From contig CAIQKM010000017.1 in the NCBI GenBank assembly GCA_903872345.1, positions 133,385 through 197,384 of the forward strand: a stretch of 64,000 nucleotides of DNA. Direction: 5' to 3'. The notes beneath the pieces were generated by a model that did not search any database, was not told the DNA's origin, and saw only the letters and a program-made list of their open reading frames with translations. Positions within the stretch are counted from its first letter, which is position 1. The number at the start of each line of letters is the position of its first letter. This document shows positions 1 to 11,300 of the stretch, one piece after another. The stretch is from an uncultured Verrucomicrobia subdivision 3 bacterium (GTDB lineage Bacteria > Verrucomicrobiota > Verrucomicrobiia > Limisphaerales > UBA11358). The position numbers and the translations under genes were made by a program.

Positions 1-2745
1 TACTGGTCCACCGACGGCTTTGGCTTTCACGAATATCTCCAATACTGCGAAGACATGGGCATGGAGCCGCTGTACGACATCAACGCCGGGCTGGCGCTCG
101 GCTACAATGGCAGCACCAATAACACCGTACCCGGCAGCCAGATTGGCCCGTGGGTCCAGGATGCCCTGGATCTCATCCAATACGCCAACGGAGCCACCAA
201 CACCACCTGGGGCGCACTGCGCGCGGCCAACGGCCACCCCGCCCCGTTCAATCTGAAATATTTGGAGATCGGCAACGAAAACGGCGGTGCCTATTACAAC
301 ACCAATTTCGCCTACTTTTATGATGCCATCCGGTCGAACTATCCGGCGATCCATCTGATTTCCCCCAACTGGGGCGGCCTGCCCACCAGCCGGCCGGTGG
401 AGATCGCGGATGAACATTATTATTCCAGCGCCAGCACCTTCATTTCCTATGCCACCAAATACGACAGTTACAGCCGGACCGGCCCCAAAATCTTTGTCGG
501 CGAATACGCGGTAACCTCCGGTTACGGCGCCTATGGCAATCTCAGTTCCGCGCTGGGCGAAGCCGCCTTCATGACCGGCATGGAACGCAACTCCGACGTC
601 GTTAAGATGGCCTCCTACGCGCCGCTCTTTGCCAATCTGAACAGCATCCAGTGGCTGCCGGACATGATTTATTATGACAGCGCGCGCGGTCTCTTCGGCA
701 CGCCCTCCTACTATGTGCAGGAATTGTTCGGCCAAAATCGCGGCGACGCCATCCTCCCCGCCACGGTGACCCTTGCCACCAACACGGCCGGCGCCGGCCT
801 GCACGGCGGCATCGGCGTCGGCTCCTGGAACACGGCCGCGCAATATACGAATATCGTTGTGACCGGCAACGGGGTGACGCTGTATCAAAGCGATTTCGTC
901 AATTCGGGCACCAACGGCTGGCGGGTGTATGCGGGCAGTTGGAATACTAACAACGGCACCTACCAGCAAAGCGCGCTCACGACGGATTGTTATTCAACTT
1001 CCGGCAGCACCAACTGGTCCGGCTACACCATCAGCCTGCAGGCGCGCAAGGTGAGCGGCGCGGAAGGCTTTCTGATTCTCTTCAACTTTCTGGATGACAA
1101 CAACTGGATGTGGTGGAATGTCGGCGGCTGGGGCAACACCCAGGATGGCATCGAGCAAATGTCCGGCGGCACCAAGACCACGCTCGCCCAAGTCTCCCAA
1201 ACCGCGCTCGCCACGAACGTGTGGTACAACCTGCGCATTGTGCTGACCAATTCCACGATTTCTTGCTATCTGAACAACTCCCTGGTGCAGACCTACACGT
1301 ACACCACTCCCAGCGGACTGCTCGCCTCGTCCACCTTTGCGCACGCCGCCAACCAAATCATCATCAAGGCGGTCAACCCCTACGGCACGCCGCTGGCCAC
1401 GACATTCAACGTGAGCGGCGTCAATTCCATTGCCACCAATGCCACGGTCGTCCAGTTGGCGTCCGGCAGTTCCGGGGACGCCAATTCCCTCGCGTCGCCC
1501 GCGTATGTCTTTCCCGTGACCAACACCATTGCCAACGCCGGCACGAATTTTACGCTGACGCTGCCGGCCAATTCGCTGTCCGTGCTGCGGCTCAACACCG
1601 GCGGCCTGAATTCATATACCAATTTGCAATTGCTGCTCACGTCGCCGATTTACAACAACCAGCTCGTGCCCTCCACGGTCTGGGGCCAGCAAGCGGGTAC
1701 GTGGAGCAATCTTACCGCGAATCCCGGCTACGCCATCAGTTATTCCTCCGCCAACACCAATATCGCCACCGTGGATTTCTACGGCAACGTGACCGGCGTG
1801 GGCCCCGGCACCACCGCCATCATCGCGCGCTACGGCAGCCTGGGACTGGCCGCCACCCAAAATGTGACCGTCCTCTATGTGCCCACCACCCTCGCCCATC
1901 GGTATAGTTTCAGCGAAACCTCCGGGACCAACACGGCGGATTCCATCGGCGGCCCCGCCTGGACCGGCACCCTGCCCCGCGGCGGCGCCTTCGGCGGCGG
2001 CCAACTGGCGCTGCTTGCCTCCAGCCAGCAATATGTCCAACTCCCGCCCAATATTCTGAGCAATGACGCGGCGGTAACCGTGGAAGCCTGGGCCACCTTC
2101 CCCGACCAATTGCCGGCCAATTGCTTTTTCTTCGGCTTCGGGACCACCAGCGGCAGCTCGGGCGAAAATTACATCTTCTGCGCGCCGCAGTCCGGGCGCA
2201 TCGCCATCACCAGCGGCAACTATTCAAGCGAACAGAACGCGTATGGCAATTTCGATTTCAGCTACCACACCAACTTGCATGTGACCGCCGTATTCAATCC
2301 GCCGGCCGGCGCGGTGGCCCTCTACACCAACGGCACGCTGGCGGGAATCAACAATGCCGTGACCGTCCCGTTCAGTTCGGTGAACAACGTGTTGAGCTAT
2401 ATCGGCCGCTCGCTGTACAGCGGCGATCCGTATCCGGATTTCACCTTGAATGAATTTCGCATCTACAACGGCGCGCTCTCCGCGCCGGAGATCGCCGCCA
2501 CGCAGGCGCTGGGGCCGGACCAACTGTTAAGCACAAACCGGCCGGTAATGACTTCCACCTTCACCAGCAGCGCGCTCACCCTCTCCTGGCCCGCGAATGC
2601 GGCGGGTTACACGGTGATGACCGCCACCAATTTGATCGGCGGCGGCTGGTATCCCGTCGGCGCCACCCCGCAGTTGAACGGCCAGCAGTGGCAGGTCACC
2701 CTGCCCTTTTCCGGCAACCAGCAATTCTATCAGTTGCAAAAATAA
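1..2745 (+). CDS. alpha-L-arabinofuranosidase, GH51 family, 5' end outside window; C-terminal accessory modules
   Basis: Frame 1 is open from base 1 (YWSTDGFGFHEYLQYCEDMGMEP...), so the gene begins upstream; the track lists it from internal ATG 55. GH51-type motifs: HPAPFNLKYLEIGNENGG, GPKIFVGEYAV, EAAFMTGMERNSDVVKMASYAPL. Paralog of 46018..48399. Downstream modules: jelly-roll module (WSGYTISLQARKVSGAEGFLILFN), Big_2-like (ATVDFYGNVTGVGPGTTAIIARYG), LamG-like (NEFRIYNGALSAPEI) and a terminal W...FYQLQK tail. Confidence 0.85.
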   Translation, partial: YWSTDGFGFHEYLQYCEDMGMEPLYDINAGLALGYNGSTNNTVPGSQIGPWVQDALDLIQYANGATNTTWGALRAANGHPAPFNLKYLEIGNENGGAYYNTNFAYFYDAIRSNYPAIHLISPNWGGLPTSRPVEIADEHYYSSASTFISYATKYDSYSRTGPKIFVGEYAVTSGYGAYGNLSSALGEAAFMTGMERNSDVVKMASYAPLFANLNSIQWLPDMIYYDSARGLFGTPSYYVQELFGQNRGDAILPATVTLATNTAGAGLHGGIGVGSWNTAAQYTNIVVTGNGVTLYQSDFVNSGTNGWRVYAGSWNTNNGTYQQSALTTDCYSTSGSTNWSGYTISLQARKVSGAEGFLILFNFLDDNNWMWWNVGGWGNTQDGIEQMSGGTKTTLAQVSQTALATNVWYNLRIVLTNSTISCYLNNSLVQTYTYTTPSGLLASSTFAHAANQIIIKAVNPYGTPLATTFNVSGVNSIATNATVVQLASGSSGDANSLASPAYVFPVTNTIANAGTNFTLTLPANSLSVLRLNTGGLNSYTNLQLLLTSPIYNNQLVPSTVWGQQAGTWSNLTANPGYAISYSSANTNIATVDFYGNVTGVGPGTTAIIARYGSLGLAATQNVTVLYVPTTLAHRYSFSETSGTNTADSIGGPAWTGTLPRGGAFGGGQLALLASSQQYVQLPPNILSNDAAVTVEAWATFPDQLPANCFFFGFGTTSGSSGENYIFCAPQSGRIAITSGNYSSEQNAYGNFDFSYHTNLHVTAVFNPPAGAVALYTNGTLAGINNAVTVPFSSVNNVLSYIGRSLYSGDPYPDFTLNEFRIYNGALSAPEIAATQALGPDQLLSTNRPVMTSTFTSSALTLSWPANAAGYTVMTATNLIGGGWYPVGATPQLNGQQWQVTLPFSGNQQFYQLQK

Positions 2746-2786
2746 ATCGTCAAAACCGTCCGCACGACAGGCTTCCCTCCCTCTCC

Positions 2787-2818
2787 GCGCATCCTGCCAC
2801 TGTCCCCAATCCAGAACC
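2787..2818. repeat. intergenic direct repeat, copy 1
   Basis: gcgcatcctgccactgtccccaatccagaacc here; near-identical gcgcatgccactgcccccaatccagaacc at 2956..2984. Read directly from sequence. Confidence 0.8.
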
Positions 2819-2955
2819 GTGACATCGTTAAAACCCTTCGCCCGCCGTGTTTTCTCCCTCTCCGCCATTGGTAAATGGGGGGCCGGGGTGAGGTGGTGCT
2901 CATCCCTTTAGCCCATGCGCTGTGCAAGTCATAAGCCCCATTCAAACCGGCAGGG

Positions 2956-2984
2956 GCGCATGCCACTGCCCCCAATCCAGAACC
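2956..2984. repeat. intergenic direct repeat, copy 2
   Basis: Second copy of the GCGCAT..TGCCACTGYCCCCAATCCAGAACC unit, ~170 bp downstream of copy 1, in the 720-bp non-coding gap between the GH51 gene and rhaT. Confidence 0.8.
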
Positions 2985-3395
2985 TCACCCACTGCTTCAC
3001 ATCAACGCCTGTAACCCACTTTAGCCTTTGGCATTCAGCCTTTAGAATTTGTTGAAAACCCCAGCAAATCCAGATAAATCAAGGTAAATCCAGAATCAAA
3101 CCAACCGCATAATGTAACCGAAAACCACCACCAAAACCCCGCACACCAATTCAACAAATTGGCAGGGCGGAGGCCCCTCCGCCCCATCTAAATGTAGCGT
3201 CCGGCCTGCCATCGGATCGCCCATTATTGTCACTCATGGTAAATGGTGCCATCGCCCCGTACCATGGCGAAATTAGCCACATCATTAATTCACCCCACGT
3301 AAACCGACAAGTTCCATTCCGCTCCGACATTGGCAAATGAGGAAGCGAATTGAGGCAAGGTGGCGCCCCTATCTCGCCCCCTCATTCGCTCTTTG

Positions 3396-3427
3396 AAAAA
3401 ATTGGCGCAGACATCTCTGTCTGCGCC
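3396..3427 (-). terminator. rho-independent terminator downstream of rhaT
   Basis: Perfect hairpin ggcgcagac-atctc-tgtctgcgcc (3404..3427). On the minus strand it is followed by AATTTTTTC. Lies ~45 nt past the rhaT stop codon. Confidence 0.75.
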
Positions 3428-3469
3428 AACCAGTGATACGAATTTGTTCGGGTCAGCCCCGGGCCGGCC

Positions 3470-4687
3470 TCACTTCTGCACCGCCGTAGCCGCCGGGGTT
3501 TCCACCTGGGCCGCCGCCTTGGCATTGGCCGCGTCTTCCGAGACCTTGTTGCCCCAGCCGATGATGCAGGTCGAGCCAACCAGGAACAGCAGCATCACGA
3601 CCACCAGCGATTTGGTCAGCGGCTTCGCGCCGCGCCATTCCTTAAAGTAGATGCCCCAGAGCGTGCTAAAGATAATGATGCTGGCCATGTGCAACGTCCA
3701 ACTGGAGAATTTGTAGTTGCCCATCTGGCTTTCGCCCATTTGATAAAAGAAGAATTGGAAATACCAAAACGTTCCCGCCAGCGCGCAGAAGAACCAGTTG
3801 CCGAGCACGGGAATTTTGAGATCGGTCACCGGCGCGGCCGCCGCCTCCGTGCCGGCCGGGCCGTGTTCGCCGCCGCCCGTGCCGCCGTGATGCGCGTGTT
3901 CCTCGCGGACATGCGAGGCAAAGTATTGATAACCCGTGCCATTCTTGAAATTCAACAAAACGCACCACAGGAAATTGGTGGTCAGGCCGCCGAGCAATAT
4001 CACCAGGATGACCGGCAGGCCAACCCACAGCGGCCCGGTGCCATGGCTGGCGGAAATTTTGGTGATGGGGTCGCCGAACTGGAAACCATAGGAAAAGCAG
4101 GAACTCATCACCCCGGAGAACGTCGCGATGGCCAGCCCCTTCCACAGGCTGAATTCCTTGATCGCCGAAGATTTGCCGTCGTTCCCCATGTCGCGCTCCT
4201 TGCGCACGCCGGCGAAACCGCCGAGCGCAATCCCCAGCAGGCAAACGAACACCCCCAACAATACCAACGGGCCGCCCGCGCTCGTGCCGGCATGGTTGAG
4301 CAGTTTGTCGGCGAATTCACCTTTTACCAGCGGCGGCACGAGCGTGCCGAACGCCGCGCAATAGCCCAGCGCCACCGCCATGCCCAGCGACATGCCGAGA
4401 TAGCGCATCGTCAGACCGAAAGTCAAACCGCCCAAGCCCCACAGGGCGCCCATCAAATACGTCATCCAGAAGGTATGGGCCGGAATTTCTTTCAGCACGG
4501 CAAACAGGTCATTCGTGAGCAGCAGCGCGCCGATCCACGGGCAGATCAGCCAGCTAAACAGCCCGCCGGCCAGCCAGAAGGTTTCCCACGACCACTTCCG
4601 CACGCCCTTGTAGGGCACATAGAAGCTGCCGGAAGCGAGACCGCCCAGCCAGTGGAAGACGACACCAAGTAAGGGATTGGGTTGCAT
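3470..4687 (-). CDS. rhaT: L-rhamnose/H+ symporter (RhaT family)
   Basis: 405-aa polytopic membrane ORF. N-terminus MQPNPLLGVVFHWLGGLASGSFYVPYK and overall layout match the RhaT family. Directly downstream of and co-oriented with L-rhamnose isomerase. Confidence 0.85.
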   Translation of the reverse strand: MQPNPLLGVVFHWLGGLASGSFYVPYKGVRKWSWETFWLAGGLFSWLICPWIGALLLTNDLFAVLKEIPAHTFWMTYLMGALWGLGGLTFGLTMRYLGMSLGMAVALGYCAAFGTLVPPLVKGEFADKLLNHAGTSAGGPLVLLGVFVCLLGIALGGFAGVRKERDMGNDGKSSAIKEFSLWKGLAIATFSGVMSSCFSYGFQFGDPITKISASHGTGPLWVGLPVILVILLGGLTTNFLWCVLLNFKNGTGYQYFASHVREEHAHHGGTGGGEHGPAGTEAAAAPVTDLKIPVLGNWFFCALAGTFWYFQFFFYQMGESQMGNYKFSSWTLHMASIIIFSTLWGIYFKEWRGAKPLTKSLVVVMLLFLVGSTCIIGWGNKVSEDAANAKAAAQVETPAATAVQK

Positions 4688-4714
4688 GAGTTGATTATGA
4701 TTGGATTGATCCGA

Positions 4715-5974
4715 TTAACGTTTGCTCAAAACTTCGGTTTCGTAGCGCTTCACTTCCGCCAGCCAGGCTTCGCCCACGGGCACACTCTGGCTCTCGCAGT
4801 AGTAGTCCCATACCGCGCCGAACGGCAGCGACTTCGCCTCTTCCTGCAAGGCCAGCCGCGTGGTGAAATCGCCGGCCAGTTCACCGGTGCGGATGAGCGG
4901 GGTTTCCAGCAGCGCAATGAGCAGTGCGCGCAACATGTTGCGCGTGCCAATGGTCCAGGCCGCCACGCGGTTGATGCTGGCGTCAAAGTAATCCAGGCCG
5001 ATGTGCACGCGCTTCTCAAAGCCGTTCACCGCAATCTCGCGGGCAATAGCCAGCAGATCGTCGTTCAGAATCACCACGTGATCACTGTCCCAACGCACCC
5101 CGCGGCTGACGTGCAGCAGAATCTCCGGCAGGAATTCCAGCACGCTGGAAATCTTGTCGGCGATGCCTTCGGTGGGATGGTAGTGCCCGGCGTCCAGCGT
5201 CAGCAGTTTTTTCCGGCTGACCGCGTAAGCGAGGTAAAACTCATGCGAACCGGCCACGTAGCTTTCGCTGCCGATACCGAACAGCTTGGGCTCCACGGCG
5301 TCCAGATTAAGCTTCGGCGAAATGGGTTTCTTGAAGATCGCATCCAGCGATTCCGCGAGGCGGGCGCGCGGAGCCACGCGGTCGGCGGGCGTGTCCTTGT
5401 AACCGTCCGGAATCCAAACATTGGTCACGCAGGTCTTGCCCAGCGCCTTGCCAAAGGCCGCGCCGATTTCGCGGCTGCGGATGCCGTGCTCAATCCAGAA
5501 CTTGCGGACGGCCTTGTCCGGGCTCGTCAGCGTGAAACCGTCCGCCGCCTTGGGATGGGAGAAATAGGTGGGATTGAAATCCAGACCGAGGCCGTTCTTT
5601 TTGGCCCAGGCGATCCAGTTCTTGAAATGTTCGGAAGTGATTTCATCGCGATCCACCTTCTTGCCGCCGAACTCGCCGTAGAAGGCGTGCAGGTTCAACC
5701 GGTGTTTGCCAGGCACGAGCGACAGCGTCAGGTCCAGATCAGCGCGCAATTCTTCCGGCGTGCGGGCCTTGCCGGGATAGTTGCCGGTCACGGCCAAACC
5801 GTTGCCCAGCGCACCGCCGGCGTTTTCGAAACCGCCCACGTCGTCGCCCTGCCAGCAGTGCAGCGAAACGGGAATCGTCGCGAGAGTTTTCAGCGCATGG
5901 TCCACGTCCACACCCAGCGTGGCATAACGCTCCCGGGCCAGGACAAAAGCTTGTTCAATATTGTTGTGAGTCAT
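4715..5974 (-). CDS. rhaA: L-rhamnose isomerase
   Basis: [50 protein letters not shown] closely parallels the enterobacterial RhaA N-terminus. 419 aa from ATG 5974; the track start 5983 is a TTG three codons upstream. Confidence 0.9.
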   Translation of the reverse strand: MTHNNIEQAFVLARERYATLGVDVDHALKTLATIPVSLHCWQGDDVGGFENAGGALGNGLAVTGNYPGKARTPEELRADLDLTLSLVPGKHRLNLHAFYGEFGGKKVDRDEITSEHFKNWIAWAKKNGLGLDFNPTYFSHPKAADGFTLTSPDKAVRKFWIEHGIRSREIGAAFGKALGKTCVTNVWIPDGYKDTPADRVAPRARLAESLDAIFKKPISPKLNLDAVEPKLFGIGSESYVAGSHEFYLAYAVSRKKLLTLDAGHYHPTEGIADKISSVLEFLPEILLHVSRGVRWDSDHVVILNDDLLAIAREIAVNGFEKRVHIGLDYFDASINRVAAWTIGTRNMLRALLIALLETPLIRTGELAGDFTTRLALQEEAKSLPFGAVWDYYCESQSVPVGEAWLAEVKRYETEVLSKR

Positions 5975-6048
5975 TGGAATCAATAAAAATGGGAATTGGC
6001 TGCGGGAAATTACCTAAAAATTCGAAGTCAAACAATCACCATTTATGG

Positions 6049-8193
6049 TTATGGTCCCCGGTGCAGGTTTTCCGAACGAACCTGCCACTGGCCGTTGTGC
6101 GGAAATCCCGGAGCAGCTCCCTTCGGCGCACCGTCCCAACCGGCGGCCATCAACGCCGTGGCATAGAGCAAACCGCCGTTGGCCGGCAGATAAATCGTCA
6201 AATTCGCCCGCTGATAAACGTGGCCATTGAGCCCATAGTGATTCTTTGGCGTGTCCAGCAACAGCGCATCAATGGCCCGCTCCGGCTCGCCCACCCGCGC
6301 CGCCGTCATGGCGATCATCGGATAATCCCAGCCCCACGTGTCCGGCCAGTTCCAGTTGCCCCAGATCCAGTCCAGCGTATGACGCATGGTATCGGCATCC
6401 ACACCCGGCCCCGGCACAAAGCTCAGCGCGCCCACCACCGCCGGATGATCGGCATTCCATTTGGGATTCGTGTAGCAGTCCGGCGTGGTTTCGGCGAACA
6501 CATATTTGCCTTCCGCAACTGTCGGCTTGGCCAACCCCTGCAGCACCTTGTCCCATTTTGGTTCGCGCGCCAGACCGAGTTGCTCGCGCCAGGACTGCGC
6601 CGTCTCCAACGCCCAGCGCCAATAGGTCAGCTCAAAGGTGGGATTGAACGTATGGTTCTTCGGAAAAATCTCCTGCGCACATTGCAAAGTCGGCCCGAGC
6701 ACGTAGCGATGGGTCGCTTCATCCCACGTGGCGAAACTGGCCATGAACTCCGCCGTGGCAAAGACCACATCGCGATACTTCTCCAGCGTGGCTCGGTCCC
6801 CATGAATCCGCCGGCACAGCTCGGCATAGAATATCGGATGCGGCTCCTCCCACACTAGAAACGGCCCCACCGGCGAAGGCGACTCCGCCCCACTGGGACT
6901 CGTCATCTTCGGCCAGCGCGCCCCGTCATAGCCCTGCTTCTTCGCCGTGCCCTCCGCACGGGGGAGGATTTTCTGGTAGTAGTCCAGGCTGCGTTCCAGC
7001 AGCGGCAGCCGGTTCCACAGCGCGAAATGCGCCTCATGCCACCAGTGCATCTCCAGATGGAATTTACCCTCCCACGAATTATACGTCAGCCCCGTCTCCT
7101 GCGGTGGGTTATTACCCGCATCCTGAATGGCCGTCAGGTATTGCGAGAGCACAATGCGCCGCTCCAGTTCAAACCAGCGTGGATCCTTGCTGCCCGACAA
7201 ATCAATCATCCCGCCGGTCAGCCAGAATTGCTGCCAATGCTGCGCGGCCACGTCCTTCACAAAAGCAAACCCCGCCAGCGGCGTCGCCGCCTTGCCCGGC
7301 GGCAGAAACTCGCACGTCAGTTCCAATGTGTCCGCCGCCGTCTGCGGCCGGATTTCAAACTGATGCCGCGCCGTGTTCGTAATCACCGCGCCCGCCGACC
7401 ATTTCGCTTCCACCGTGTAAGCATCGTTGTCCAACTTGCGCTGAAACTGGGCCATGTTGATTTTATCCTGCGAGAACCGGGTCTCGTGAGCCTCGGGCTT
7501 GCTCCAATCCGCCGTGACCGTTTCGCCCGTGCCGTAAGGAAAATGAATCTGAATGGCCAGGCGATGCGCCTTCACCAGCGGCGACACCACATGCACCGCC
7601 ATGGCATCCTGTCGGGGATCGCACACCGTTTCCACATCCACAGCTTCACCATCAAACTTGAAGTGGCTGCTGATTTCGCCATTCCACAAATCCAGCGTTT
7701 GGTGGATGTCCGTCAAATCATTCGTCCCGGCCGCCGTCCCATCGGCATGCGTCAGCACAAACCCGATCTGCCCGAGGTGCAACCGGTGCGGGTTTTCGCG
7801 GAGCCACTTGTATTCCGGCGACGTCTTGCCGGCGGGGACATCGGCGTACGGCACGGGCCGGCCATTTAGGTCGGCGTATTCTTTAAATTCATAATGATCA
7901 ATGTCCCAGCCGTTCGTATTCGGAATGGTGTGCCAACCCCAGTCGGAAAGCGTCCCCAACGGCGTGGTCTGGGCGAACGCTTTCGGGAAGGTCTGCAAGC
8001 CGGTGGCATCCACGGTGAAGGCAAATTCCCCATTGCCCACGGATAACGGATTGCTCACGTCAAACGCATGCAATTCAACATTGTGCCGGGTGACCAGCGC
8101 GTGGCGGTCAATAGGTTCGGCAACGGCAAGGGTGGCCGACAGCCACAGGCCGGCGGCCGGGACAGACAAAACGCAGGCATGGCGAAGTTTCAT
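6049..8193 (-). CDS. secreted glycoside hydrolase, probable (alpha/alpha)6-barrel type, family not assigned
   Basis: 714-aa ORF with signal peptide (MKLRHACVLSVPAAGLWLSATLAVAEP). Trp/His-rich helical-repeat region (FHLEMHWWHEAHFALWNRLPLLERSLDYYQKILP) typical of six-hairpin glycosidases. Sits in the rhamnose/RG context. Family assignment needs a profile search. Confidence 0.5.
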   Translation of the reverse strand: MKLRHACVLSVPAAGLWLSATLAVAEPIDRHALVTRHNVELHAFDVSNPLSVGNGEFAFTVDATGLQTFPKAFAQTTPLGTLSDWGWHTIPNTNGWDIDHYEFKEYADLNGRPVPYADVPAGKTSPEYKWLRENPHRLHLGQIGFVLTHADGTAAGTNDLTDIHQTLDLWNGEISSHFKFDGEAVDVETVCDPRQDAMAVHVVSPLVKAHRLAIQIHFPYGTGETVTADWSKPEAHETRFSQDKINMAQFQRKLDNDAYTVEAKWSAGAVITNTARHQFEIRPQTAADTLELTCEFLPPGKAATPLAGFAFVKDVAAQHWQQFWLTGGMIDLSGSKDPRWFELERRIVLSQYLTAIQDAGNNPPQETGLTYNSWEGKFHLEMHWWHEAHFALWNRLPLLERSLDYYQKILPRAEGTAKKQGYDGARWPKMTSPSGAESPSPVGPFLVWEEPHPIFYAELCRRIHGDRATLEKYRDVVFATAEFMASFATWDEATHRYVLGPTLQCAQEIFPKNHTFNPTFELTYWRWALETAQSWREQLGLAREPKWDKVLQGLAKPTVAEGKYVFAETTPDCYTNPKWNADHPAVVGALSFVPGPGVDADTMRHTLDWIWGNWNWPDTWGWDYPMIAMTAARVGEPERAIDALLLDTPKNHYGLNGHVYQRANLTIYLPANGGLLYATALMAAGWDGAPKGAAPGFPHNGQWQVRSENLHRGP

Positions 8194-8373
8194 GGGATGG
8201 TGCTAATGCCCGTCAACATCCGGAATATGCCGGCGAAAGACAAGCGCAGATCGTCCCATTGGCCTCGGATAAAAATATGACCGAACGCGGTTTGTATGAC
8301 TGACATCCACAGAACTGGTGATGGAAAAAGCCCCGGTTACGTGGGACATTAGGTCATACACATCCTTGTACCC

Positions 8374-11300
8374 GTGATTAACCCGCGCCTAACCCCCTGC
8401 CCTGCCCCGATTTTCGCAGTCAAATCGTTTTGGGCAAACTGTTTGTTTACCCTGACAATCTGGCTGCTAACCGGCTGGCTCGCCTGGGGAAACATTGCGG
8501 GCGGTGGCACGGGTACCGGCCCAGCCGTGACCCTAACGGACAGCGGCAGCACCGTCACCATCGCCAACGGCATCATCTCCCTGCTCTGCACCAAGTCCGG
8601 CGCGACCATCAACCAGATCAATTACACCTACAACAATGGCGGCGGCACCGTGACTAATCAGTTGCTCAATGGCGGCAACAACGGCGGTCAGCTCTACTGG
8701 GAATTGGGCGGCTTTGGCACCGGCTCTTATACGTACACCCTGGTCTCCGACCCCGCCAGTAATGGCGGTGCCTACGCCGAAATCAGTCTGCTCAGCAGTT
8801 CCGGCACGAACGGTCTGATGGAAGTTCACTTTTCCCTGCTGCGCGGGTCCACCGGTTTTTATGTCACCGCCATCTGGGGGCATCGCAGCACGGACGGCCC
8901 CATGGGCATGGGCGAAACCCGGGACAACATTTACGCCGGCTCCCTCTTCAACTGGATGAGTGTGGATGCCACCCGCAACCGCGTGATGGAAGTATCCGGC
9001 GGCTCCGCCATTGGCGTGCAAGGCGCGCCCGTAGAAGTCTCCCTCTGGACCAATGGCATGTACGCCGGCCAGTACGAGGACAAATACAAGTACAGCGCCG
9101 ACCTCGGCGTGAATCACGTCTGGGGCTGGAGCAGCGTGGGTGTCGCCGGCAAAAATGTGGGCCTGTGGAACATCTCCGCCAGCTCCGAATATTGCAATGG
9201 CGGCCCGCTCAAGCGCGAACTGATGGAGCACATCGGCACCACCATCCTGAACATGCACAACGGCGGGCATTACAACATGGGCACGGACGGCAACTTTGCC
9301 AACGGCGAAATCTGGACCAAGGTTTACGGGCCGTACTTTATCTATTGCAACAACGTCACGAATACGCTCACGTCCACCAACCTCGCCGCCCAAGCTCTCT
9401 ATAACGATGCCCTTGCCCAGGGCGCGGCCGAACAGGCCGCCTGGCCCTACTACTGGTTCACCAATGCCAATTATGCCCTAGCTGGAGGTCGCGGCGCCAT
9501 TGCCGGCAAATTCGTGATCAATGACAGCGGCAATCCCAACGCCTCCGCCGGCGGCCTGTGGGTGGGCGCGATTCAACAACCCGTCACCTCCACCGGCACG
9601 TATGATTTCCAGCAGTGGATGAAGCCCTATCAATTCTGGGTGAAGACCGATTCCAACGGCAACTTCACGCTGCCCAATGTGATTGCCGGAGCGAACTACA
9701 CGCTCTATGCCTTTGGCCCCGGCGCACCAGCCATCTTCATGTCGCAAAACCAGACCGGCGGCAATCCCCCGGTGCTGCGGGACCTCCCGGCCACGCCATT
9801 TGCTGTAACCGTTACCGGCGGTGCGACCAATAATCTGGGCACCGTCACCTGGACCCCGGCGCGCGTGGGACCGACCGTCTTTGAAATCGGTTACCCCAGC
9901 CGCGTGGGCAACAAATTCCGGCACGGCGACGACTGGTGGGTGGGTGAAATCGGGCCGAGCCCCGCCTATCCCAGCCCCATCTGGAGCCGCTGGCTGGAAT
10001 ATCCGTTCGATTTCCCGAGCGGCCTTAACTACGTGGTCGGCTCCAGCCGCTGGAATACCGATTGGAATTTTATCCTGCCCGTGGTCACCGACAGCGCGGG
10101 TAATTACAACAACTCCACAGCCACCATCACCTTCAACCTCGCCACCACGCCCACCAACGGTGCGCAGGCGTGTTTATATCTCGGCCTCACCTCGGACTAT
10201 TATTCCGCCATTATTCTGACGGTGAATGGCAACAACCTCGGCAGTGTCAGCGGTGTGAGCGGCACGCCCACCACCAGCATCCCCACGAGCGGTTATTATA
10301 CCGGTTATAGTGATAGCGACTCCAACATCCGCGAGGGCAACAATGCCGCCGCCTCCGATGAACGCGTTACCTTCCCCGGCTCCCAACTTCATGCCGGCGC
10401 AAATACCATCACCATTGGCATCCGCCAGATTGGTGGCAGCTATTTTGCCGATCACGCCATGTATGATTATCTCCGGCTGGAATTGACCGGCTATGTCCCC
10501 CCTGCCCCGGCGAGCGTCCTCGCCTATCCCGGCAACAATTGCAACCTCGTCTGCTGGCCCGTCACGCCGGGGGCCACCAGTTACAATCTCCTTCGCTCCA
10601 CCACGTCCGGCACGAACTACGTTTCCATTACCAACGGGGTCACCGGCCCCGTCTGCGGCAGCGGCACCAACAACGCCACCTATCTGGACACCACGGCGGT
10701 AAATGGCACGACGTACTATTATGTTGTCCGCTCCATAAACCCGACCGGCAGCAGCACCAACTCGCCGCCAAGTGCGGCGGTAACTCCTTCGACCGGCATC
10801 GCCGCCACCGCCACCGCCGCCCCCACCGGCCTGACTGTCAGCGCCACCGGACATCAAAGCGTGTCGCTGACCTGGAACGCGTCCCCCGGCGCGAGCTTCT
10901 ACTCCCTCTGGCGCTCCACGCTGGTGAATACCGGGGGCGGCTCCTCCAATACATTGAGCACCATCCCGCTCAACAACACCAATACCGGCACCACCTTTAC
11001 CGACAATACCCTGACAGACGGCAGCATTTACAGCTATACCATCACAGCGACTGGTCCCGGCGGCACCAGCACCAATTCGGCGGCGGTGATCGGCGTGCCC
11101 CTGCCCGCCGCCCCGGCGACCGCGCCCGGCTCGCTCACCGGCTCCTTCGTGACCACCAACATCACCCTGAATTGGTCGGCCGTTTCCGGGGCGATTGGCT
11201 ATGCCATTTATCGCGGCACCAGTGCCAGCGGACCGTTCACCTATTTGCAAACCATCACGGAAACGACCTACAAGGATTATGGGCTGAACACGAACAACAA

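Noticed and set aside
4682-5986. 434-aa plus-strand ORF fully antisense to L-rhamnose isomerase
   Set aside because: Shadow ORF typical of high-GC DNA. Arg/Ala/Gly/His-rich low-complexity translation with no motifs, while the opposite strand encodes an unmistakable rhaA.
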